From: Octopus vulgaris
Taxonomy: Eukaryota
DNA length: 64,000 nt
Direction: 5' to 3'
Assembly (NCBI GenBank): GCA_951406725.2
Contig: OX597830.1
Coordinates: 39,680,001-39,744,000, forward strand
Shown: in pieces, positions 1 to 17,343 of the stretch
How positions within the stretch are numbered: position 1 is the stretch's first letter
Layout of the letters: each line of letters begins with the position of its first letter
Translations under genes and position numbers: made by a program
The notes under the pieces: model-generated
The model's database searches: none
The model's input: only the letters and a program-made list of their open reading frames with translations
What the model was told of the DNA's origin: nothing

Positions 1-1390
1 AAGAGGCGAAGAAGAAGAAGGAAGAGGAGAAGAAGAAGGAAGAGGAGAAGAAGAAGGAAGAGGAGAAGAAGAAGGAAGAGGAGAAGAAGAAGGAAGAGGA
101 GAAGAAGAAGGAAGAGGAGAAGAAGAAGGAAGAGGAGAAGAAGAAGGAAGAGGAGAAGAAGAAGGAAGAGGAGGAGGAAGAGAAGAAGAAGAAGAAGAAG
201 AAGAAGAAGAAGAAGAAAGGAAGAAGAAGAAGGAAGAGGAGAAGAAGAAGGAAGGGAAGAAGAAGGAAGAGGAGAAGAAGAAGGAAGAAGAAGAAGGAAG
301 AGGAGAAGAAGAAAGAAGAAGAAGGAAGAGGAGAAGAAGAAGGAAGAGGAGAAGAAGAAGAAGAGAGAAGAAGAAGAAGCAGGAGGCGGAATAGAAGAAG
401 AAGAAGAAGAAGAAGAAGAAGAAGAAGAAGAAGAAGAAGAAGAAGGAAGAAGAGGCGAAGAAGAAGAAGGAAGAGGAGAAGAAGAAGGAAGAGGAGAAGA
501 AGAAGGAAGAGGAGAAGAAGAAGGAAGAGGAGAAGAAGAAGGAAGAGAAGAAGAAGGAAGAGGAGAAGAAGGAAGGAAGAGGAGAAGAAGAAGGAAGAGG
601 AGAAGAAGGAAGAGGAGAAGAAGAAGGAAGAGGAGAAGAAGGAAGAGGAGAAGAAGAAGGAAGAGGAGAAGAAGGGAAGAAGAAGAAGGAGAAGAAGGAA
701 GAGGAGAAGAAGAAGGAAGAGGAGGAGGAAGAGAAGAAGAAGAAGAAGAAGAAGAAGAAGAAGAAGAAGAAGGAAGAAGAAGAAGAAGAAGAGGAGAGGA
801 GAAGAAGAAGGAAGAGGAGAAGAAGGAAGAGAAGAAGAAGAAGAAGAAGAAGAAGAAGAAGAAGAAGAAGAAGGCGAAGAGGAGAAGAAGGAAGAGGAGA
901 AGAAGAAGGAAGAGGAGGAGGAAGAGAAGAAGAAGAAGAAGAAGAAGAAGAAGGAAGAAGAGAAGAAGAAGAAGAAGGAAGAGGAGAAGAAGAAGGAAGA
1001 GGAGGAGGAAGAGAAGAAGAAGAAGAAGAAGAAGAAGAAGGAAGAAGAGGCGAAGAAGAAGAAGGAAGAGGAGAAGAAGAAGGAAGAGGAGAAGAAGAAG
1101 GAAGAGGAGAAGAAGAAGAAGGAAGAGGAGAAGAAGAAGAAGGAAGAGGAGAAGAAGAAGGAAGAGGAGAAGAAGAAGGAAGAGGAGAAGAAGAAGGAAG
1201 AGGAGAAGAAGAAGGAAGAGGAGGAGGAGAAGAAGAAGAAGAAGAAGAAGAAGAAGAAGAAGAGGAGGAGGAGGATGTGAGGAGGAGGAGAAGAAGGAAG
1301 AGGAGAAGAAGGAAGAAGAAGAAGAAGAAGAAGAAGAAGAAGAAGAAGAAGAAGAAGAAGAAGAAGAAGAAGAAGAAGAAGAAGAAGCAG
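1..1390. repeat. Homopurine (GAA)n/(GAG)n tract with 18-bp higher-order unit GAAGAGGAGAAGAAGAAG
   Basis: Almost purely A/G on the + strand. The 18-mer is reiterated and interspersed with pure (GAA)n runs. Confidence 0.97.
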
Positions 1391-2020
1391 GAGGAGGTCA
1401 ACAAACGTAATATCAAGTTAGTTCGTTTGTTAGAAGCATCAATCGTTGGACTGAATTCCAATTCAAAGAAAACCATAAAAGGCGAGTGAAGCCATATATA
1501 TAAAAAAAGGTGATTGTGCTTCGAGAAGGCGAGTTGAATCGTTCACAGAGAAGCATAATTATTTAAAAGTGCGTGACCAAAGCGATGAGAAGAGTGCAAA
1601 ACCACTTCAAGGCATTTGAAGTTACCTGAAGCAATTACGAAGCAAACAGGAATATCACAGCAACAAAACTGAAGCAGCAAAAATAACAAAAATCAAAATC
1701 ATCAACTGCAACACCAGCCCCGTATCAGCAGACCTATAGCAAATACATGAACAAAAAACAAACGCAGCCAGAAAAAACAGGCTGTTTTGAAAGACTGCTT
1801 CCTCTTCACATTACACAATAATCGCGGGGGAGCACTTTCTCTCAACGCAGTAAAAAAAGGGGGGTGGGGGAAACATGACCTTTCCTTGGACATTCCACTG
1901 TCTTTATGAGACTCCTCGTCTAGTTGCGGAGATTAATCGGTAGATGAATAGTTAGATGGACATCAGACAAACAAGTGAATGTTTCAATGTCCTAAAGTCA
2001 CAAACTTTTGGATGTCATTC

Positions 2021-2412
2021 TACTCTTTTACTCTTTTACTTGTTTCAGTCATTTTGACTGCGGCCATGCTGGAGCACCGCCTTTAATCGAGTAACTCGAC
2101 CCCAGGACTTATTCTTTTGTAAGCCCAGTACTTATTCTATCGGTCTCTTTTGCCGAACCACTAAGTAACGGGGACTTAAACACACCAGCATCGGTTGTCA
2201 AGCAATGCTAGGGGGACAAACACAGACACACAAACACACACACACATATATATACATATATACATATATACGACGGGCTTCTTTCAGTTTCCGTCTACCA
2301 AATCCACTCACAAAGCTTTGATCGGCCCGAGACTATAGTAGAAGACACTCGTCCAAGGTGCCACGCAGTGGGACTGAACCCGGAATAATGTGGTTGGTAA
2401 GCAAGCTACTTA
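2021..2412 (-). mobile_element. tRNA-headed SINE family A, slightly 5'-truncated
   Basis: Reverse complement of the 9602-10030 copy, with the internal (TA/TG)n and the tail AAGGCGGTGCTCCAGCATGGCCGCAGTC. Confidence 0.9.
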
Positions 2413-4114
2413 TCTGTCAGATCTTGGAATACAAAACTTTTGCGCCCCACAATGATTTTGATGGATTAAAACAGCTCATTTTCTTTTAATTCAACATCAA
2501 TTTTAGGTGTGCTTAAGTCCTTGATTCGGATCAATTCGCGACATCGGTAATTGAATCTAATGTAATCATTTTTGTATAACATGTGGCTTCGGTTGTAATC
2601 TGAGTTCCTTCTGGAAGGTTTGCTACGTTATGACCCTCCCTGTAGCAGTTATTTAAGCATGAATATTTTTAGTAAGGTTAAGCTTCTGGAAATAATTCCC
2701 ACTTCACTTGTTTTTCCACCACAAAAGAAACACAATTGTCATTCAGAATATGTACTGAACCGTTTTGGAACTTTTCTGGAAAGAGATAAGCCAGGATCAT
2801 GAGGTTTCTTTCCACTCCTTCAAGTGTGGCTATTGACAATATGTTTGATACCGGGAAGTAGAACTTTTTTTGCATTCATTCTTCATCTGTAAGTTCGATG
2901 TTAGGGCTTCAAATTCTTTGAACTGATTATCGAAGCTTACAATATCTTTGTAATGCTTCTTATTTATGCACAATAAATTGGTTATCATGTGAAGTTTTCA
3001 TTAGACACATAACATTTTCTCGGCCATCATACCCAGAAAAGAGAAGAAAAGACATCATCCGTTCAGCGTAGTCTACACAACCACTCATACACAGAGGAAC
3101 CAAATGTTTACTTTTATAGTATAAGCTTCTGAACAGTCACTAAGCTGGACGGGAAATAATTCGCAGAAAATATGTACGAGATTTTAGATTTTTATGTGTG
3201 TATTCTTTTATCATAAATACAGATTACTATAAGTACAAATAACTCGTGCATACGGTCGCAGCTCATTAGTAGAAAACAAATTGCACCAAACATGCTAAAG
3301 CTACAATACCAATTCAAAAATTAGAGCATTTTAAAAATAATTTCGTTTTTGTCCTCAAAGAGAGCTCAGTGGATTGATCATTGTCTACCTAGGTTGAATT
3401 TGACCCGCAGACAAAAAAGAATGTTTAATGTAATACAGGAAAGTGAAGTTTTGCATCATACTACAATGCACTACGGTTTCGTTTGGTATGTGGATGTGTA
3501 CTGTGATTACGATACTTGGACAAATTTCTGAACAGTGAAGAGCAGCAAACTGAGTGCGTATTTCCGCAACCAGTGTCAGAGACTAAGTTGCAGTTTTGGG
3601 TAAAGTGAAAACAAAAGATTATCTGGCATCTGGATTGGGATCAGATACTCACTTAGCTCCTAGTTGTACTATCAGCCACTCTCTCCCACCACGGTAAAAA
3701 CGTTCGCACAAGCAATTTATAGGGGATGAGTGACATGTATGCGTGTCGATATTCACTGAGGATACGCTAGATTTCTGTGAAGACTAACTTAAGTAGGAAT
3801 TTTAGATTAACGATTAAAAACAATTTTCCAAAATCCCGAGAAGTAAGAGACATAGTCATTGTTGAAAGGAGCTTGACGATTCGCGTGGTGTTCAAATTTT
3901 CTCTCACCAGGTGCCCCTGTTTTGGAACTTATACGTTATATTTTTTAACTCGTTTATATGTCGCTATTTGATTGTCTTTTTCTTTTTCATTGATGTTAAA
4001 TCCATATTTTGCATCCCATCAGTGTAATGATCCACACAAGCTACCGTTTTCCTCCACCCAACACAGAACCAATTATTATCATTATTGTTGTTGTTGTTAT
4101 TACTATTTTTCTAC

Positions 4115-6198
4115 CTCCGAGTCGGTCAGGGGACGGCGGTGATGGTACTGCGGTACTTTTCTGGAAAGGTCTGGATTTGAAAATAAAGGCAATCTCCCTA
4201 GATCCAGAAGGTAAGTCGGTGGTCCTAGATGTGAACAGCAGTGACGACGGTGCCTTCAGACTGGTGGCTGCCTCTACTCTGACATTGGCTGGGCAGCCGG
4301 ATTACCTCAAGCGTCTGGAGGTTTTCCTGGAAACGTCTCGAAAATTTGTGTTAGTAGATTGGAACGCTGTCTTAATTGGACATTTCGATTGTGTGAGAGG
4401 ATCTGATAGGAGAAGGGGTGCAAAAGCCTCAAAAACCTGCTCAAACGTTTTCAACTGTCTGACAGGTACCGCCAAGATTACCTGAATGTGCCAATGTGGT
4501 CTTGGACAAATCGCATTGGATTATCTCGATAGTACTTAGATAGAGGCTTCTGTAGGCCAGCAGATAAGGATAGTATAGTTTATCCACAATTACATTTTGT
4601 CGGCTACACAGACCACAAATTCGTGATCTGTACGATCGACTTAGATAGGCTTCGTAGACAGGGTCCCGGTTACTGGAAGCTGAACACGTCGTTACCGGCG
4701 TGTCAAGTTTATAGAGACTGGATTAGTATTTTAGTTGGCGGGTGCAATCGTCAACAACAACTGGTGGTTTGCTCTGAAAAGGTCAATTAGATTATAATCC
4801 ATTTAGTAGAAAGAAATAGAATAAAGGGAAATTTAGTTAGATGTTTAGATTAGGCATTTAGGACAAGCATCGCAACCAACGTGTTGGCCGCCAGGTTGGC
4901 CCTCGACCAAAGTTTCGTCGCCAAACACGAAGGGTGCGTTGTCAGAACTAAGGCGCGTTCACTAAGCGGGGAGGAACGAAAGCCGCACGATGGGCCCGAT
5001 TGGCGGAGGCAAAACGTAGCAACAAAGCCACCATTCGGTCTTTGGTGGATCTGAACGGGTGCGAGATGTTCGACCCGAAGCATATGTGTGCGGCCTTTCA
5101 GCAGCACTTTGCTCGACTGTTCGTGACGAGTGGTAGGACGGATAACAGGGCAGACTTCTGAGTCTACGTGGACGGCCAGCTGCAATTCTCGGCGAACGAG
5201 GCGGAGTGCTGCAAAAGGCCGATAACAGCCGCGGAAATACAGGAAGCGATGAAGAGCTGCACGAGAGGAAAATATAAAGCCCTACGAGCTTTATATTTTA
5301 ATGCCAGACTTGTTTGCGAGCCTCTCAGCAGATGTCTACCTCAACTGGCAACAAAATAGGAGAATTCCCACTTTTGTTTGCCGAGGGATAGTGGCACTGC
5401 TGAGAAAGGACCCAAACAAGGGGGACGTTATAGAGAATTTCAGAGAATGCAGAGTTGAAGATTTTGGCCAAGGTGTCAGCCAAGATGTTGGCGCTTGTTG
5501 TGGACAAGCTGATTAGCGAGGCGTAAATATGCACCATCCCAAACAGGACTATTCGCGACAGCCTCCACCTCATGCGTTACATCATAGAGAGAGTGGGTTA
5601 CGAAGCTAGCATGGGTGGGGATTTGATCAATTTAGATCAATCTAAAGACTTCGATAGGGTCGACCATCAATATTTGGCTGCTGTTCCCAGGGCAGACAGT
5701 TTCGGCACGGTTTCCCGCTGTTGGATCGCTGCTTCGTACAGCGGCATCTTCTCTGTTGTTCAGGTGAATGGTCACCTGTCAGAACCATTCAGCATCTTGC
5801 GTTCGGTCCGGCAAGGGTACCTTCTCTATCCCCTTCCGTATGTCCTGACTCTTGAGCCACTGCTGCGGATGTTGGAGACTTTGAGGAGTGTTCCACGTGA
5901 TCTAGGATGTGGAAAAAGCGTATCTGCTTACGCCGATGATGTCACTGTCATAGTGTCGAGCCACAGGCATATAGACCTACCTGATTGGCGACACACTACA
6001 AGAATATGAAGCGATGACAGGAGCAAAAATTTACGCGGAAAAATCAGTGGCCTTGCAACTCGGCACCTGGAGAGGCAAGTCCATGCCGTCCAACAGCGTC
6101 GTGGGGTGCTGGACAGACGGTCCAGTTAAATTGCTCGGGGTCTGGCTCGGTCCACACCTCCAGATGGAGAAAAGCTGGTATGATGTGACGAACAGATA
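4115..6198 (+). mobile_element. Decayed Tx1/L1-clade non-LTR retrotransposon ORF2 (APE endonuclease + RT)
   Basis: APE motifs (LDPEGKSVVLDV, DWNA, WSWTN, YLDR, TDHK, GPGYWKLNTS) and RT motifs (LDQSKDFDRVDH, RSVRQG, SAYADDVT, VKLLGVW) lie across several frames with stops and frameshifts. Confidence 0.88.
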
Positions 6199-6861
6199 AT
6201 TTGCCAGGCGAAGTCTTCGTCAACAGGTACGCCAAGATTAAACATAAACACGTGGCCAATCCAGCTAAAAAAAAAGTCAGAAACCATGGTCCAGGAAATA
6301 GATGGTAAATGCTTTTATTTTTCATTTCCTTCCAGAATTTATCCCTAATTAGTGGTTTGGACTTTAGCTGTTCCTTCTAGCGTAAGGGAGTCCTATGATG
6401 GACACCTCTTAATATCTTTAAATGTAAACTTATCTCATATATATATATAAATATGTGTGAACACGCGCGTGTGGGTGCATATATTCAACAAATATTTAAT
6501 TATTTGCAGATTATCCTCGTACAACCAGGAAAGAAGCTGTAGCAGATAAAGGCGTTATTATCGTGGATAAAATTGTTGAACGGTTAAGTCACTTTTGCTT
6601 CCGTAGTTTATTTCTTGTGCCTTAATTTTTGTCTGTTAATAACGCTCCTATAGAAAATCGTAAGATATTTGAAGGATTTAGAAACGTTATTGCTCTCTAA
6701 AGTAAACACAAAGGAGTTAAAAAGAAGGGGAAAAATCAACAACATTAATCTTGGTTTCGATATTGAATGTTTGAAATAAGAGCGGTTCCCTAGACATACG
6801 AAAACAATCGTGGGAGCACGAGCACAGACATAGTTAAAAGCCACACACGCACACACGCACA

Positions 6862-6911
<50 letters not shown>

Positions 6912-7162
6912 GACATGCATAGACACACACAAATATAAATGCATGTTAATGTGCGCGAGCATACACGTCAGCATATATAGGCTTTCCTGTGTGTATAGAT
7001 GTGTGTTTGTGTGCACGCGTGTACATGTATGTATGTGCACGTGCGTAACTTTTACTTTATAACTTTTTTCTCCTTCTATGAGCGTCAACATAATAATATT
7101 AACTGTGAATGTCCTCTGGACTTTTGCTGTTTCTGTTTTTATTATTTGGTTTTGTTTTCCTC

Positions 7163-7241
<79 letters not shown>

Positions 7242-8044
7242 TGAATATATGTATGTATGCATGTATATATATGTATATATGTTTGCATGTATGTATGTAT
7301 ATGTATATATACATTCATGAACACACGCACCCATATATGTGTATATATGTGTGTGTGTGTGTATGTGAGAGTGTGTCTCTGTGTATATATATATGTATAT
7401 ATGTATACACACACATACATACATGCACACATACATACATACATACACACACGTGCACACATACATGCAAACAAACATACATACATACATACATACACAC
7501 AGAGCATATATGCATACATACATGCATGCATACATACATACACACATACATACATACATGTATACATACATATACATACACACACATACATACATACACA
7601 CACACATACATACATACATACATACATACATACATACATACATACATACATACATACATACATACATGTATACATACATACACATACACACACATACATA
7701 CGTGCATAAAGCGGTCGACGAAATGTCAATACTCTTTGAATGTAATTTTAGTTTCAATAAAGCGACAAATACAGATGGCCTGCATGATTTGAAAAGCTTA
7801 ATGAGTTTAAAATTTATGTGAGCGATGTTCTGTCACTTGAACTTTTATTAATTCGGCGTAAAACACATACATATCAAAAACAAAATACTCTACCGATAAC
7901 AAAAAGATTAAATATATTTATAGATGCGTATATATTCATTACATTTTAATGAATTAATATATGTAAACAAGCAGACAAATAAATCATTCTGGTGTGACAA
8001 TCAACAGTTCAATTCTTAATCTCCATCACCGCGTCACACTTGAT

Positions 8045-8079
8045 CATTATTATTATTATTATTGTTATTATTATTATTA

Positions 8080-8129
<50 letters not shown>

Positions 8130-8151
8130 TATTATTATTATTATTATTTTA

Positions 8152-8188
<37 letters not shown>

Positions 8189-8210
8189 GTTGTTGTTTTT
8201 ATTATTGTTG

Positions 8211-8272
<62 letters not shown>

Positions 8273-8322
8273 TATTATTATTATTATTGTTATTAATTAA
8301 TTAATTAATTAATTAATTAATT
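8045..8322. repeat. (TAT)n/(TGT)n microsatellite followed by (TTAA)n
   Basis: Direct reading. Confidence 0.95.
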
Positions 8323-8469
8323 ATTCGGGGTCGCTGAAATAAGTGCCAGTTGAACACTGGATCGATGTAATCGACTCATTCCCCCAACCCTCAAGAAAAG
8401 CTGCCCTTATGACAAAATTTGAAACCATTATTATTATTATTATCATTATTATTATTATTATTATTATTA

Positions 8470-8560
<91 letters not shown>

Positions 8561-8562
<2 letters not shown>

Positions 8563-8770
8563 TGGTGAGCTGGCAGAATCGTTAGCACACTGGGCGAAAT
8601 ACTTAGCAATATTTCGCCCGGCGTTACGTTGTGAGTTCAAATTTCGCCGAGGTCGACTTTGCGTTCCATCCTTTCAGGGTTGATAAAATAAGTACCAGTT
8701 GAGCACTGGGGTCAATGTAATCGACTACCCACTTCCCAGAAATTTGTGGCCTTGTGTCAAAACGTGAAAC
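8561..8770 (+). mobile_element. SINE family B (tRNA-like head, Nin/Deu-like central domain); a second 3' fragment lies at about 8325-8425
   Basis: GGTGGTGAGCTGGCAGAATCGTTAGCAC...GAGTTCAAAT (B box)...GTCGACTTTGCGTTCCATCCTTTCAGGGTTGATAAAATAAGTACCAG. Matches the copies at 42200, 46361 and 54633. Confidence 0.85.
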
Positions 8771-8878
8771 CCTTGTTGTTGTTGTTATTATTATTATTAT
8801 TATTATTATAATATTTATTATTATTACTACTACTACTACTATTACTACTACTACTACAATTATTATTATTATTATCAT

Positions 8879-8922
<44 letters not shown>

Positions 8923-9601
8923 TCGTTGTTCTCGTTTTAGCAAATCTATCTTTAATGAATGCCAGCTCATTCACACGAGGTTAACAACTTCACTGAAACC
9001 CCACGCCTCGCAACTAACCCGAACCATGGACTTGCCAGGAGGTTTTTAGGGAATATGTACTCAAAACACTGCTTTGAAGAAGAGAGGGTAAAAAAGAAAG
9101 ACAATAGGCTTAACGAAATGATAATAGTTTAAAATTTGCAAGAGTTGTTTTGCTTGATATTGCTGCACATGTTGAGGTTGGTGTAGATGTCGCCGCTATT
9201 GTTCCTGCCGTGGCTGTTGTCATAGTTGTTTTTGTTGGGTTTTTTTTTGCATAGTTGATGATGATGATGATGATGATGATAAGGAGGGAGAGGAGGAGGA
9301 GGAAGAAGATTTTGATGATGATGATGATGATGACTACGACGACGTTGACGACATCGTCGACCGGCCTTATGTAAATTTAGCTGAGCAGATGTTAAAAATA
9401 TATTGTCTCTAGTTCGGTGTGTTTAGCAAGTAGGGTCAATGACATTAAGATTCTTTTGTTGACTTTTCCAAGTGTATCATTATTTCACTAATCTTATTTA
9501 TATTGCGTATTTTCTGAGCGAAGATCTGTGTGCTTCGGCTTTACACAGTATTTTGTTTCGGTTCTGCGTTTCTTTTTTTTTTATTAAAAGTACACAAAAT
9601 A

Positions 9602-9772
9602 GGCGCAGGAGTGGCTGTGTGGTAAGTAGCTTGCTAACCAACCACATGGTTCCGGGTTCAGTCCCACTGCGTGGCATCTTGGGTAAGTGTTATCTGCTAT
9701 AGCCCCGGGCCGACCAATGCCTTGTGAGTGGATTTGGTAGACGGAAACTGAAAGAAGCCTGTCGTATATATG

Positions 9773-9803
<31 letters not shown>

Positions 9804-10030
9804 TTGTGTCTGTGTTTGTCCCCCTAGCATTGCTTGACAACCGATGCTGGTGTGTTTACATCCCCTTCACTTAGCGGTTCGGCAAAAGAGACCGATAGAA
9901 TAAGTACTGGGCTTACAAAGAATAAATCCCGGGGTCGATTTGCTCGACTAAAGGCGGTGCTCCAGCATGGCCGCAGTCAAATGACTGAAACAAATAAAAA
10001 TTTAAAAAATAAAAATAAAAATAAATAAAA
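9602..10030 (+). mobile_element. Full-length SINE family A (tRNA head, CORE-like CTTGGGYAAGT, internal microsatellite, LINE-like tail)
   Basis: A box TGGCTGTGTGG, B box GGTTCAGTCCC, internal (TA)n(TG)n and an (AAAAAT)n tail. More than 12 homologous copies occur in the window. Confidence 0.92.
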
Positions 10031-10520
10031 CGCATGCAGTTTACTTGTAGCGCTATTTTCTCCATGCTGTATATTTTAAATAACCCATAAGATATGTCTT
10101 TGGTTATGTATTTGTCTGCTTTTTTACAATCATTGGCAAGGCATTTCGCATTACAGAAATTGTTTATTTTCAGTCGCCACAGTATGGCTATCTCTATTTC
10201 TAGATCTTTATATTCGAATAATTTCTCCTCTTCCTTTTGCGATACCATACCGTCTGTTGGTTCCGATATCTCGATCAGAAGGTACTTCTTTTTTTTTACT
10301 AATGGTCGTTAATAACAGTACCCCTTCAGTGAGCTCTTTGATTCCCAGATCTATGTAGGCTGGTATATTCTTGAGCATGGTCTTTTTGTCATTCTCTGAG
10401 ATTTCTCACATATATCTTTACTGCCTCTTTTCTGTTGTTATAGCATAATACTGCCACAACTTCTAAGAAATGCGGTTGATTCTTTATCTTCAGCCTGCAC
10501 ATATTTTGTAGTTACATAAT
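10031..10520 (-). mobile_element. Decayed R4/Dong-like RLE non-LTR retrotransposon 3' fragment
   Basis: VSQKEEEKLFEYKDLEIEI..W and DKYITK are homologous to the C-terminus of the 29500-30420 element. Confidence 0.7.
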
Positions 10521-10794
10521 ATGTTCTGTTTCACTACAAGCTTTTAGTGGTTTCTTCTAGGAAAACCACGAAATTGTACCACAAATAAGAACCCTTCAGT
10601 CACAGTAAAATAGTCCAGCGCTTCTTCAATCAGTATTAAATTATTTCTTGGTCTAATTCCACCCTCTTCAGCTTCGGACATGGTGTTGTTGAGGTTTCCT
10701 TGTCGTTAACGTACGATACTATGTAGTTCCATTTTGGGGATATTTTGTATCTTTTCACAATTCCATTATTTTGTTTGTACAATTTTGAATGAAT

Positions 10795-10830
<36 letters not shown>

Positions 10831-10835
10831 AAATA

Positions 10836-12503
<1,668 letters not shown>

Positions 12504-12505
12504 TA

Positions 12506-13976
12506 TTGATATTGAGATCATAAGGATTTTATTATATTTCTGGGTAGTTTGACATCAGATAGAGATCACTGAGCCACAATACCATTGTCTTTTGAAAACA
12601 CAAGGATTGCATCTAGGGTCCGAACTCGTTCACTGTTCGTGAACATGGTAATTCTCGCAAACGCATCTTTATGAAAAGCATGATGCAGAGTCAAAACGTT
12701 GACACATCGGGCATGAAAGACACCCAAATTTACCAGCCTGTCGTTCGTTCGTTTCGCAAGACTGACAAGAAATTAGAGGGAGCAAACCATTGGACGTCTC
12801 CATGCCGGTCAATGTCTATGGGTCATTACTAATGACTTGAACAGCTGTATTCGGATAATTGAGCAGCTGAGGGAGCGATACAAAGCAACAAACAGCACGG
12901 GTGATCCTCCACGCAGTAGCCGACCGATGGTTACAACGGCTCGTCAAGATCGCAACCTACACTTACAGCACTTCCAAGACCGATTCCAGAGGGCAACGGA
13001 ATTAGCTAGGCAGACCATAAGGAGTCACGACAGACTTATCTATGCAGAGGCAGTTCATCGCCGGCTGAGACCTTTCAATCTGTGTTGTCGACGTCCATCT
13101 AGAGGGCTATATTCGCACAGATCGTCATCGACGGTCACGTCTGCTGTTGGCCCAAAAACGTCAGAACTGGCGATATCAGCAGCGGAGGACTGTAGTATTC
13201 TCTGATGAAAGTTGATATTGCATTTCTGTGGCAGATGGCAGAGCTATGGTTTGGAGAAGAGGTGAAAGTCATGTCGATGGGTGTGTGATGGAGAGAGACT
13301 CATGGGGAGGACAGAGCATTATGGTATGGGGTCGATTGCACTCAACCAGAAACTTGGACCCGTGGTCTTCCAAAACATTGGCCATGGCTAGGGCAATAGA
13401 GTAAATGCTGCTCGCTACATCGACCAGGTGTTGAGGCTTCACATTAAAAAGGAGTCACGTGGTCCAACACAAAAACGTTTGTGCCCATACTGCCAAGTTG
13501 ACAAGAGACTTCCTCCAACAGCACAACATCCAGAAACTGCCATATCCTACCCTAAGTCCGGACTTGAACCTTATAGAGCCGCTGTGGGACAAATCCAAAG
13601 AATGCTAAAGAACATCCGTCCAAGGCTGACAACAGCGGCACAACACACTGCAGGTTTTAACAGAGTGTAGGTTGCTATCTCCGTGGCCTTTATCAATCGT
13701 TTGGTGCATTCAATGTACGTAAGATGCCTGGCGGTAATCAACGCTAACACTGGTCACAGGAGATATTGAATTCATCTCTTTGGAACCAGGACACTCCATC
13801 ATCACGTGACACCACATGACATCAAACATGTTTCAGGAAATGACGTTTTATTATTAGGAAAGAACGGTTTCTTAATTAGAACTCTTTAGTCAATACTATG
13901 GCAGTCTATTCATTAAAAAAAAAAAACAGTTTCTATTTAATATGCATGTGTGCAACATCGGCTTTTGTGGTTCAGT
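12506..13976 (+). mobile_element. Second, more decayed Tc1-like element; left end missing
   Basis: Transposase remnants PRSSRPMVTTARQDR, FSDES, MVWG, SPDLNLIE and HSMYVRCLAVINANTGHRRY* (ends 13769). Tc1-like right terminus TTTTGTGGTTCAGTA before (TA)n. Confidence 0.8.
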
Positions 13977-13986
13977 AAATATATAT

Positions 13987-14129
<143 letters not shown>

Positions 14130-14288
14130 GTATGCATGTATGTATGTATTTATGTATGTATGTATACAAGGCAAGGTATAAATGACGATCATTACATACT
14201 TTTTCTTTAATGCAGTTCTTTACTAATCTTGACAGTAATGTTAGCCTGGTGTACAAACAGACACGTTATGAAGTAATTTATATATATA

Positions 14289-14369
<81 letters not shown>

Positions 14370-14583
14370 GTACGTATGTATGCATGTGTATATATGTATG
14401 TATATATATTTATACACATTAGAATGAGCAGGCAAAACATGTGGTTTCGCTTTTGAGGATGGAATTTCAAATTCAAACATAATCCTTACGTTGTTAGAGT
14501 AAATGGTATCATATAAATAAGGGTACAGTTCAAGACCCAAGCACTTATTTTACTTGACTATTTCATTAAAATTTTACGCAATT

Positions 14584-14870
<287 letters not shown>

Positions 14871-14966
14871 TATATATATGTCTCTTTCTCTCTCTCTCTG
14901 TATATATATATATATATATATATATACTTACATACACAGCACACATATATAGGTATGTACACGCAT

Positions 14967-16465
<1,499 letters not shown>

Positions 16466-16472
16466 ATATATA

Positions 16473-16528
<56 letters not shown>

Positions 16529-16529
16529 C

Positions 16530-16633
<104 letters not shown>

Positions 16634-16679
16634 TATATGAAAGAATGGAGTTGAACGACTAGTTAACAAATATCCTTTA

Positions 16680-16762
16680 TTCTCGACATATGTTTCGAAG
16701 GCTGCATATTCCTAATTCCGAAGGAATAAGGAGTACATTATGCAGATTTCTCATCAGTAAAA
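16680..16762 (-). ncRNA. Type I hammerhead-like motif with extended stem II
   Basis: CTGATGA-GAA..CTGCATA...TATGCAG..TTC-GAAA-CATATG-TC. Stem I TTTTA/GAGAA is imperfect. Confidence 0.65.
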
Positions 16763-16997
16763 TCAAGGAACTTATGTCGACATCAAAATGCACAAAAAAC
16801 TTTTAGTCAGCTATATACTTATAATTTTAAAATAAATATACAAATTTCCGCACGAAGACACGTAGTCTATGCCCTAGGGACGTAGCTTCAACCGCGTTCT
16901 TTCTGATGTGAATTTGCTACCCAGGTATCGGTTATCTTTCGAATTATCCTTAATAAGATAATTCATTCAATTACTCAAATATATATATATATATAAA

Positions 16998-17343
16998 TAT
17001 AATCAAAATAAGCAACAATGATATCCAGAGGTAATGCAGTATGATCGTTTCATGCGACTCCATTTAATTGAATAATGCAAGTATTACATCAATTTTAAAA
17101 TGTAGAGCAATTTTCAGTTGTATAAAAATATAGAATTTAGTTAAATTCGAAGGATTCATTTGTATAGTTTTCTTATTAGAAATGAGTCCTTCGAATTTAA
17201 CGAAATTCTATATTTTTATGCAGCTGAAGATTGCTCTACATTTTAAAATTGATGTAATACTTGCATTGTTCATTTAGATGGAGTCGCATGAAACGATTGT
17301 ACTGCATTACCTCTGGATATCCTTGTTGCTTGTTTTGATTATA
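16998..17343. repeat. Inverted repeat with 164-bp arms and an ~18-nt loop, carrying a hammerhead in each arm
   Basis: 16998-17161 pairs with 17180-17343, with 12 mismatches by manual alignment. Confidence 0.93.
17218..17307 (+). ncRNA. Type I hammerhead ribozyme motif with intact core
   Basis: Stem I ATGCAG/CTGCAT, core CTGAAGA, stem II TGC/GCA with a long loop, GAAA, near-palindromic stem III ACGATTGT, GUA triplet. Confidence 0.72.

Noticed and set aside
1277-1489. Poly-Arg/Lys ORF
   Set aside because: It is a reading of the (GAA)n tract.
1626-1733. Minus-strand segment with a good acceptor and CAG|GTAAC donor
   Set aside because: Stops occur in all three frames. It could only be a UTR exon and there is no further support.
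9602-9675. tRNA genes at SINE heads (also 22640-22708, 30713, 45483)
   Set aside because: Cloverleaves are imperfect and each continues into a multi-copy SINE body.
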